Source: Candidatus Zhuqueibacterota bacterium (GTDB lineage: Bacteria; Zhuqueibacterota; Zhuqueibacteria; Residuimicrobiales; Krinioviventaceae). Taken from it: a stretch of DNA of 64,000 nucleotides. Below are positions 46,849 to 53,949 of the stretch, in pieces. Below the pieces are notes generated by a model. That model saw only the letters and a program-made list of their open reading frames with translations. It ran no database searches and was not told the DNA's origin. Location: positions 675 through 64,674 of the forward strand of contig JAFGSB010000126.1 in assembly GCA_016934825.1 (NCBI GenBank), in the 5' to 3' direction. How positions within the stretch are numbered: the first letter of the stretch is position 1; every line of letters begins with the position of its first letter. Position numbers and translations under genes: made by a program.

Positions 46849-47264
46849 CTATTAAGGTCTTTTAACACATAAATGTATGTTTCCTAACCTTTAAAAATCG
46901 ATCTTTACTCCGGTACTTTTTTCAAATTTGAGAGATTTCCAAAACAGAGTTTTGGGCCCAATTTCGTTGCCAATCTGGAGATTGGCAACGAAAAAGTAAA
47001 ATGGTGTCACATCCCTTTTATGAATGGTAGGAATGCATCGCCTTTATGCGATGTTTTCCAGAGCAATGTCGATTCAATACAACAACGGGTTGCAACCCCT
47101 TGTTGTAAGTATATCTTCTGATCTATTCTCTGCTAACTCGGCGGCCTGGGCGTTATTCATAATGAGTTAACGCCCCGGGGTGTCGACTCAATCTGTCATT
47201 TCGATGAGCAAAGTGAAGAAAAATCTTGTTCCATGCAAAGGGAACGGTACCCATAAAACAAAAT

Positions 47265-47307
47265 CCAGATTAATCCTCACAGAAGTAATAAATCTGTGAG
47301 GATTTTC
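47265..47307 (+). repeat. copy 2 of the 43-nt hairpin repeat; probable terminator of the minus-strand orp-like operon
   Basis: ccagattaaTCCTCACAGAagtaataaaTCTGTGAGGAttttc. My alignment to copy 1 gives 34/43 identical. Two substitutions in the left arm are matched by compensatory ones in the right arm. Lies 16 nt downstream of the stop at 47323. Confidence 0.65.
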
Positions 47308-47322
47308 ATAAAAATATTGTTT

Positions 47323-47742
47323 CTATTGCCTTCCCCGGCCCATGCCCCGGCCGGAACCTTTCCCCATACCTTTTCCTCCCCCCATCCCGAAATGGCTTTG
47401 AACATTGGGCGCTTCGGTGGGTTTTAGTTCACCGGTTTTGTATTGTTCCACAGCTTCCCGGACTGTTCCGCTGACGCCTGTAATAACCTCTATGCCTGCG
47501 GCTCCGAATGTTCGGAAGGCATTGGGGCCGCAGTTACCGGTAAGTATGACGGTTACATCTTTATCGGCCATCATCTGCGCTGACTGGATGCCCGCGCCGC
47601 CTCCTGCCGCGATGTTTGGATTTTCTACGGCTTCAAACGCCATGGTTTGCGGATCTAAAATCACGAAATAGGCGCAGCGACCGAACCGCATTTCTACCTG
47701 ATCATCCAGGGTCGGGCCGGTGGTTGATATTGCTATTTTCAT
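47323..47742 (-). CDS. NifX/NifB-C-terminal-family (ORP-like) cofactor-binding protein with Gly/Arg-rich tail
   Basis: MKIAISTTG...HFGRCAYFVILD...GGGAGIQSAQMMADKDVTVILTGNCGPNAF is typical of the dinitrogenase FeMo-cofactor-binding fold. The tail is GMGGGKGMGKGSGRGMGRGRQ. Confidence 0.75.
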   Translation of the reverse strand: MKIAISTTGPTLDDQVEMRFGRCAYFVILDPQTMAFEAVENPNIAAGGGAGIQSAQMMADKDVTVILTGNCGPNAFRTFGAAGIEVITGVSGTVREAVEQYKTGELKPTEAPNVQSHFGMGGGKGMGKGSGRGMGRGRQ

Positions 47743-47759
47743 TTCCTATACTCCTTTTA

Positions 47760-49577
47760 TTATAAATTTTTTTTTAGAATATCCCAACTTGATTTGATCG
47801 CCTCGAATGCCGGTCCCTTTCCGTATTCAATCACCGTTTTTCCCGCCATAAGGGCCTCATTGACAAAACGGTCAAACGGTATTCTGGCGACAACCTGCGA
47901 GTTGTACTCTTTAGCCATAGTCTCAATACGCAAGGCTTGTTTCTCATTCAGATCGGATTTGTTAATTATGACATATGCGGGAACTGAAAAATGGTTCGTT
48001 AACTTGAGCACCCGTTCCAGATCGTGAACCCCCGAGACCGTCGGTTCGGTAATGATCAGCACCAGGTCGGTTCCCGTAACAGAGGCTATCACCGGACAGC
48101 CCGTTCCGGGAGGGCCGTCGGCCAGTATATTTTTCAGTTTAAGATTTCGGGCCAGTTTGGCAGCATGGTTGCGCACCGTGGTGACAAGTTTACCGGAATT
48201 CTCTTCCGCAATGCCGAGACGGGCATGTACCATCGGCCCGAAATCGGTAATGGAAACATACCAGTGTCCGTTGACCACCGTTTCGCTGGAAATGGCCTGA
48301 AAAGGGCAAACAAGAGGACACAATCCGCACCCCTCACAGGAAAATTCATCGATCCGATAGGTCTTGTCGTAACTGCTGTTGGCCTGTCCATCGAAGCGGA
48401 TTGCGTTGAAATGACAGGCCTCCGCGCACAAACCGCAGGCAGTGCATTTTTCCGCATCGATCTTTGCGGACATTCCGCCGGAAAACTCGTGACTCTCACG
48501 AATCGTCGGTCGTAACAGCAGATGCAGGTCCGCGGCATCGACGTCATTATCCGCAAGCACTTTGGATTCCGCCAACTGTGCAAAGGCGGCCGTGACTGTT
48601 GTTTTTCCGGTACCGCCCTTTCCGCTGATGACGGTGATCTCCCTGAAACCGGCGGCATCTCCCGAGGGAAAAGGCTGTACCGACTTTTTATTTACCGGGA
48701 AGACCTTTTCAACAGGAACGGGTGGAACATTCGTCCCCTGCAAACTGCGGATACGTTCATAAATCGTGAGCATATTGTTGTTGAATTCGGAATAGACTGC
48801 AGCCAGAATGTCACCGTTGGAATAAATTTCGGCGTACTCACGCTTGAAGGGGATCCGTCCTATAACGGGGATACCTACCTGATTAGCATACTCGGCAATA
48901 ATGTCATCTTTTCCGTCGGATCGGTTAATCAGGATACCCGTCGGCACCCCCAGTTTCAGCGTTAATCCGACAGCCAGTTTTAGATCGTTCAGTCCGAACG
49001 GCGTCGGTTCAGTGACCAGAACAGCCACATCGGCCCCTTCAGTGGCCTCGACAACCGGACAGGCCGTTCCGGGAGACGCATCGATGATATTAACTACCTC
49101 AGGATCGATATAGGATTTGACGGACCGCACCACATTGGGGGCCAGCGCCTCGCCAATATTCAACAATCCGTGCGCAAAGAAAAATGGCCCCTTATCGGCA
49201 GATTGTATTTCCCCTATCGGTTGTGGTTTCTCCGATAAGGCATTCTCGGGACATACGTATGAGCAGACGCCACAGGAATGGCACAGTTCATCGAATATCA
49301 GTACTTTGTTCCGGACAACCGCAATGGCATTATATTTACAGGCATCCGCGCATTTGCCGCATGCCGTACACTTTGCCTCGTTCAAGACCGGTTTCATTGC
49401 GGTTACAGGCGTTGTCTCCGTGAATTCGGGTTTTACAAAAAGATAATCATTCGGCTCCTCTACATCACAGTCGAGCAGCCTGGCCCGTATTCCTTGATTA
49501 GAGAGCGCATAAGCCAGATTTACAGCAAAAGTCGTTTTTCCCGTCCCGCCTTTACCGCTTGCAATAGTAATAATCAT
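47760..49577 (-). CDS. tandem fusion of two MinD/ParA-type P-loop ATPases, each with an inserted 2x[4Fe-4S] ferredoxin domain
   Basis: Two deviant Walker A motifs (IASGKGGTGKTT, ISGKGGTGKTT), each followed by two CxxCxxCxxxCP motifs (CTACGKCADACKY / CHSCGVCSYVCP; CTACGLCAEACHF / CEGCGLCPLVCP). Start taken at MIITIAS; the track start is 18 nt upstream. Confidence 0.8.
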   Translation of the reverse strand: MIITIASGKGGTGKTTFAVNLAYALSNQGIRARLLDCDVEEPNDYLFVKPEFTETTPVTAMKPVLNEAKCTACGKCADACKYNAIAVVRNKVLIFDELCHSCGVCSYVCPENALSEKPQPIGEIQSADKGPFFFAHGLLNIGEALAPNVVRSVKSYIDPEVVNIIDASPGTACPVVEATEGADVAVLVTEPTPFGLNDLKLAVGLTLKLGVPTGILINRSDGKDDIIAEYANQVGIPVIGRIPFKREYAEIYSNGDILAAVYSEFNNNMLTIYERIRSLQGTNVPPVPVEKVFPVNKKSVQPFPSGDAAGFREITVISGKGGTGKTTVTAAFAQLAESKVLADNDVDAADLHLLLRPTIRESHEFSGGMSAKIDAEKCTACGLCAEACHFNAIRFDGQANSSYDKTYRIDEFSCEGCGLCPLVCPFQAISSETVVNGHWYVSITDFGPMVHARLGIAEENSGKLVTTVRNHAAKLARNLKLKNILADGPPGTGCPVIASVTGTDLVLIITEPTVSGVHDLERVLKLTNHFSVPAYVIINKSDLNEKQALRIETMAKEYNSQVVARIPFDRFVNEALMAGKTVIEYGKGPAFEAIKSSWDILKKNL

Positions 49578-49612
49578 AAAAAGATCCATTCTCAATTTCG
49601 TTTAACAGTAAT

Positions 49613-49735
49613 TCAATGACGGGGACCTCTCCACGCCACGCCGGAATTCAGGCATACAAAATCAAAGCAACGGCATATATAACCGGTTTTCAGTAGTTTA
49701 GCAATTTTTTCACTTTGATATTCGTATTCCTGCAT
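49613..49735 (-). CDS. candidate 40-aa Cys-containing small ORF (not in the ORF track)
   Basis: Manual translation gives MQEYEYQSEKIAKLLKTGYICRCFDFVCLNSGVAWRGPRH*. The ATG is preceded by agaaagag at -5. It fills the 150-nt gap between the radical SAM and ATPase genes. Confidence 0.3.
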   Translation of the reverse strand: MQEYEYQSEKIAKLLKTGYICRCFDFVCLNSGVAWRGPRH

Positions 49736-49745
49736 ATTACTCTTT

Positions 49746-50678
49746 CTATTTGTTCACAGTACAATAATAAACATTATCATCTTTGCGGATTTTTCGAATT
49801 CGGTTTGTCCGAAGTAACTTGCCCACATATTTGGAGACTTCATTCAAATGCAGTCCCAGTGCTCCCGCAATCTGCTCCGATGTACATGGCCGCCGCCGAA
49901 GCATTTCCAGTAAGGTGTCTTCATTTGTCTGAAAGTCCGGTCTGCGGGTAGTCTTAAACTCCGGAATCACTTCTGCAGGAGGATCAAATAATGGGGCCAG
50001 TGAATTTAATTCCTCCCCGGTCAACGGCTTGACGAAATCATGATGTACCGGACGTACGGCCGTATTCAGGTGAATACAGTCAGGGTTAATTTGTCTGGCC
50101 AGTTGCGCAATTTTCTTAACATCATTCGGCCCCGAATTCATACCGTCGATCAAAAATACCTCCATCCACAGCCGGCCTTTGAAATTGGCCCGGAATTGTA
50201 TTAATCCTTCAACGAGCTGGTCAAATTTGAGATTCGGATGAGGATGGTTAATATTGACATAACTGGCAGTGTCCCAAACGCTCAAAGAAACTTTGACAAT
50301 ATGTGCCCGCGCTGCCGCTTCCTGAACACCGGGCTGATCCAGCAGGGTTCCATTGGTTAGCAGAACGGCCGGAATACGTGTATGTGTACGGATGAATTCG
50401 AGCACGTCGCCGAACCGTGAATGAAGGGTTGGCTCGCCGGAACCGGCCAGGGTAATATAATCCGCCTGACCGTTCGTACTTAGCCACTCATTCAACTCGT
50501 TACATACTCCATCCATTGGGACATATTCTTTACGTTCTGTTGTATGGTTGGTTGTCCTCCCCAATTGACAGAAAACACAGTCGAAGGAGCATGTTTTAAA
50601 AGGCGTCAGATCAACGCCGAGAGAAAGTCCGAATCTGCGCGAAGGTACCGGTCCGAATAGATATTTAAATTTTTTCAT
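49746..50678 (-). CDS. radical SAM protein with C-terminal winged-helix-like domain
   Basis: GPVPSRRFGLSLGVDLTPFKTCSFDCVFCQLG (CxxxCxxC), GSGEPTL. The C-terminal ~60 aa are HTH-like (CTSEQIAGALGLHLNEVSKYVGKLL). Confidence 0.8.
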   Translation of the reverse strand: MKKFKYLFGPVPSRRFGLSLGVDLTPFKTCSFDCVFCQLGRTTNHTTERKEYVPMDGVCNELNEWLSTNGQADYITLAGSGEPTLHSRFGDVLEFIRTHTRIPAVLLTNGTLLDQPGVQEAAARAHIVKVSLSVWDTASYVNINHPHPNLKFDQLVEGLIQFRANFKGRLWMEVFLIDGMNSGPNDVKKIAQLARQINPDCIHLNTAVRPVHHDFVKPLTGEELNSLAPLFDPPAEVIPEFKTTRRPDFQTNEDTLLEMLRRRPCTSEQIAGALGLHLNEVSKYVGKLLRTNRIRKIRKDDNVYYCTVNK

Positions 50679-50755
50679 AAATAATTTGGGTTTAATTGGG
50701 CCTCCGGTAAAACCGTCGGCCCATTATATGGAATCACAGTACTGTAAAATATTTT

Positions 50756-51106
50756 TTACTTTTTATCCTGTTTCGACTCTAATTCCGTGATCCGTTTGTT
50801 GATCTGTTCCAGTGTTTTTGTTATATATTCCGCCTGTTGTTGAAGTGATTCCAGTTCCTGCTGTTCTGTAATATCCATTGGGTATGGAACTGCAGCGGAA
50901 AAACCGGGTCCGTATCCGGGGTAAGGGAATCCCCGGTGTCGGCCCCTGCCGCGACGAAATCCCATGCCCATTCCACGACCGAATCCGTAACCTCGCCCCG
51001 GAAACGGATTGGCATATCCGGGAACCGAATATCCGGCGCAGTACCCCGCCGCACGACCTGTCATTGGGCCCATTCCTGCTGGACCTGTTCTGTCTCCTCC
51101 TGGCAT
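50756..51106 (-). CDS. DUF5320-like protein (Gly/Arg-rich N-terminal half, coiled-coil C-terminus)
   Basis: MPGGDRTGPAGMGPMTGRAAGYCAGY... matches my recollection of the DUF5320 N-terminal signature. FGRGMGMGFRRGRGRHRG, then EQQELESLQQQAEYITKTLEQINKRITELE. Confidence 0.65.
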   Translation of the reverse strand: MPGGDRTGPAGMGPMTGRAAGYCAGYSVPGYANPFPGRGYGFGRGMGMGFRRGRGRHRGFPYPGYGPGFSAAVPYPMDITEQQELESLQQQAEYITKTLEQINKRITELESKQDKK

Positions 51107-51134
51107 AATTTACCTCCTTATATATATGATTAAC

Positions 51135-51359
51135 TTACCTGTTTCCGCGTTGTCCGCCTCGTCGTCCCTTACCGGTATTGCCTCCCCCTTTTCGTTGCCC
51201 ATATCCGAACATTCTGCCAATACCGGACAAGAGTCGTCCCCCGAAATTTTGATTCTGATCAACCAAATTATCTGATTGTCTCCCTTCGCCGCAGGAACCC
51301 ATACCCCTGCCCGTCATTGGGCCGCGGCCCTGCGGTCCTGTTCCATCACCTTTCGGCAT
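51135..51359 (-). CDS. short DUF5320-like paralogue
   Basis: MPKGDGTGPQGRGPMTGRGMGSCGEG parallels the N-terminus of 50756..51106. The tail is GQRKGGGNTGKGRRGGQRGNR. Confidence 0.55.
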   Translation of the reverse strand: MPKGDGTGPQGRGPMTGRGMGSCGEGRQSDNLVDQNQNFGGRLLSGIGRMFGYGQRKGGGNTGKGRRGGQRGNR

Positions 51360-51392
51360 TTTTTATTCCTCTCATTTATTAAAATGTTAACC

Positions 51393-51779
51393 TTAAATGG
51401 CACAATTCCTTCCGCCTCTGAAACGTCGGTGGCGTTTTCTCCTGCATCCCGGCATCCGAAAATCGGAATTTTGTACGGTACCGTTTAGAAATGATCGGAT
51501 GACCGGATTAATATCTCCCGCCACGAAAGGAATGATGTTAATACCCATCGATTCAATAGCGGAAGCAAATGCCAAAGAGATCGCACCGCAAACCAGTACC
51601 TGAACTCCCCTTTCCGCAAGCTCTCCGGCACGGGATGAAGGTTCCTGCATTTTCAAAGTGACATGTTGCCGGTTGATTTCGATACCATTCTCGACGTCCA
51701 GGACAAGAACAACCTGCGACGAATCGAAGAGCGGCGATATACGATCTCTCCATACGGCAAAAGCAATTGTATGCGCCAT
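51393..51779 (-). CDS. NifX/NifB-C-terminal-family (ORP-like) protein with basic Cys-flanked tail
   Basis: MAHTIAFAV...ISPLFDSSQVVLVLDVENG...VQVLVCGAISLAFASAIESMGINIIPF. ATG at 51779 is preceded by AAGGAG. The track TTG start at 51809 lies inside the sigma54 promoter. The tail is PGCRRKRHRRFRGGRNCAI. Confidence 0.7.
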   Translation of the reverse strand: MAHTIAFAVWRDRISPLFDSSQVVLVLDVENGIEINRQHVTLKMQEPSSRAGELAERGVQVLVCGAISLAFASAIESMGINIIPFVAGDINPVIRSFLNGTVQNSDFRMPGCRRKRHRRFRGGRNCAI

Positions 51780-51803
51780 TGTATCTCCTTTTAATATAAT
51801 GTC

Positions 51804-51821
51804 AGGCAAGTAATATGCCAG
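51804..51821 (-). promoter_or_regulatory. sigma54 (-24/-12) promoter of the orp-like operon
   Basis: Minus strand CTGGCAT-ATTAC-TTGCCT, versus consensus TGGCAC-N5-TTGCW with correct spacing. It lies ~27 nt upstream of the ATG at 51779 and directly downstream of a sigma54 enhancer-binding-protein gene. Confidence 0.7.
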
Positions 51822-51973
51822 GAATATAAAGATCGGCGGAAAACAATCTAAATTATTGATATAAAAGGAATTAAAAGAGAAAGAATTGTCTTTTCAACTG
51901 TGGAGAATCATATATAAGAGTAGCTATAATGAGACTGTAATTGAAATGTAGGGTCGCATAGACGCAACTCTAA

Positions 51974-53353
51974 TTATTTTGCAGTTTTAGTTCGTCCGTC
52001 AATCCGGGGTAATTCGATACCGAGCTGCTTAATTTTTCGAAACAACGTGCTCTTGTGAATGCCCAGTTCACGTGCGGCGGCCAGTCGATTATATTGATTT
52101 CTTTTCAGTGCATCGATGATGGTCTGTGCTTCCACTGATTTCAGTCTGGCATTGATTATATTTTTTTTCTGCTCACTCAGATGCGGGCGCAGGTTATCGG
52201 GCAGGCAATGAGGTTCAATCTGATTTTCCTGACAGAGGATAAAAGCATGTTCGATAATGTTTTCCAATTCCCGTATATTGCCCGGATAATCATGCGACAT
52301 CAGGATATCCAGCGCTGTTGGTGAGATCCCGGATATGGATTTGTTTTTTAATTTGTTGAGTTTATTGATAAAATGATTCACCAGAATCGGAATATCATTT
52401 TTGCGATCTCTTAAGGGCGGCAGGTCAATACGAATAACATTGATACGGTAGAACAGATCCATACGGAAAGTCCCTTTTTGCACCAATGATTCCAGGTCTT
52501 TATTGGATGCCGTAATTACGCGTACATTTGTTTTGACGGGTTTGGTCCCTCCCAAAGGTGTAAAAGTACGTTCCTGCAGGACACGCAGAAGCCGGACCTG
52601 AAACGCAGCACTGACATCGCCGATTTCATCCAACAGGATCGTACCGCCTTCCGCTAAAGCAAAGTGGCCCGGTTTGTCTTTTGTTGCATTTGTGAAAGCG
52701 CCGGCTTTATAACCAAAAAGTTCCGATTCTAGCAGAGTGTCCGGCAGGGCGCCGCAATTGATTGCAATAAATGGCTTTTTTTGCCGATTACTTGAATCAT
52801 GAATGGCGCGGGCGATCAGCTCTTTGCCTGTACCGGTTTCACCCTGAATCAGAACAGTGCTGTCGCTTTCCGCAATTTTCGGCAAAAGCTGAATGATTTT
52901 TCCCATGGACTGGCTTTTACTAACAATATCCCCCATTTGATAACGTGAATCCAATTCCCTGCGTAGCTCTTCGATAAGACTCATATCTCTGAACGTTTCA
53001 ACTCCGCCGATCACTTTGCCATTTTCGTCTTTGAGCAGAGATGTGCAAACCGTAACAGGAATGCTTTTTTTTTCGCTGTTCACAATATAAGTAGCGGTAT
53101 CCACATAAGAGACACCTTGCTGCATCGTTCTGCGCAAGGCACAGTCCGTTTCACACATATTGGAACGGAAAACTTCACAACAAAACTTGCCGATTGCTTC
53201 TTTACGAGTGATACCCGTAATTTTTTCTGCGGCGCGATTAAAGGATGTAATCCGCCATTGATGATCCACCGTAAAAACGCCGTCGGAAATACTTTCCAGA
53301 ATGACCTTTGTCATATCTGTTGATAAAGGGTAATGTTGTGTTTTCCGGCTCAT
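51974..53353 (-). CDS. sigma54-dependent transcriptional activator (PAS + AAA+ + Fis-type HTH)
   Basis: PAS (ILESISDGVFTVD), Walker A GETGTGKE, the sigma54-contact loop as GAFTNA, ESELFGY, and a C-terminal HTH (AAARELGIHKSTLFRKIKQLGI). Confidence 0.9.
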   Translation of the reverse strand: MSRKTQHYPLSTDMTKVILESISDGVFTVDHQWRITSFNRAAEKITGITRKEAIGKFCCEVFRSNMCETDCALRRTMQQGVSYVDTATYIVNSEKKSIPVTVCTSLLKDENGKVIGGVETFRDMSLIEELRRELDSRYQMGDIVSKSQSMGKIIQLLPKIAESDSTVLIQGETGTGKELIARAIHDSSNRQKKPFIAINCGALPDTLLESELFGYKAGAFTNATKDKPGHFALAEGGTILLDEIGDVSAAFQVRLLRVLQERTFTPLGGTKPVKTNVRVITASNKDLESLVQKGTFRMDLFYRINVIRIDLPPLRDRKNDIPILVNHFINKLNKLKNKSISGISPTALDILMSHDYPGNIRELENIIEHAFILCQENQIEPHCLPDNLRPHLSEQKKNIINARLKSVEAQTIIDALKRNQYNRLAAARELGIHKSTLFRKIKQLGIELPRIDGRTKTAK

Positions 53354-53949
53354 AGTTTTATTATGTTCATTTTTTTCCTGTTTTCGGACAATACTCGCTC
53401 ATTCACAATATTTTTGTCCCCATGAATAAATTTATACTGATATAGTTACAGGTGCCCATCTTGAATGTGTCTCGTAAACAAAACCGAATATTTAAAATAT
53501 AAACAAGAATAACTAAAATTGAAAGCATTTATTATTCAACAAACATTCAATCCGGGATCCACAAAAATTTGTTATGTTTTCTGTTACAGAACTTTATCAA
53601 TTCTACAAGTCCCTCCCTGAATATATTCAGCCGGTCATTGATTGGACAGGATTTTTCCTTTTATGCAGGAGTTAAGTTCATTGAACGCTCTGCTTAATGT
53701 AGTTATAATATTGAATATTTTTTCTTAAAATTAGTCAAGCTACAGTCAACTAAATATTGGAGGCACTACATTTTATAAAAATCTTAACAGCAGAACAACA
53801 TCAGAGACATTGGAAAACAGAATTGTATATCACATTTATCAAAAAAGGATTTTTCTTCTGTTTACACTCGTAAATACGATTTTACATGAGAGGATTAAAA
53901 ACCCCGGTATAACAATTATATTCCCGCTACACTAAAAAGATAAAATTAA

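Noticed and set aside
46557-46868. 103-aa minus-strand ORF
   Set aside because: It runs antisense across the end of rdgB, the whole tRNA-Pro gene and its terminator. It is a by-product of those features.
47020-47121. 33-codon plus-strand ORF (MNGRNASPLCDVFQSNVDSIQQRVATPCCKYIF) inside the structured spacer
   Set aside because: There is no Shine-Dalgarno sequence. It overlaps two strong hairpins and has no supporting context.
47201-47224. Hammerhead-ribozyme-like string tcgatgag...gaagaaa
   Set aside because: The core reads UCGAUGAG, not CUGAUGAG, so the invariant C3/U4 are swapped. No stem I/III partners or cleavage-site UH could be arranged around it.
46850-47260. Possibility that the spacer after tRNA-Pro encodes tmRNA, RNase P RNA, SRP RNA or a known riboswitch
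   Set aside because: None of the diagnostic strings I know were seen on either strand. These are GAGGAAAGUCC for RNase P, the tRNA-like GGGG...UCCACCA ends plus tag ORF for tmRNA, and the SRP domain IV motif. An unknown structured RNA is kept as a finding instead.
47794-49619. Cluster of long antisense or alternative-frame ORFs (e.g. 48024..48515+, 48134..48658-, 48522..48965+, 49278..49619+)
   Set aside because: They all overlap the MinD-ferredoxin ATPase gene, which has unmistakable motifs. Their Arg/Pro/Gly/Ser-rich translations are typical of off-frame reading in GC-richer DNA.
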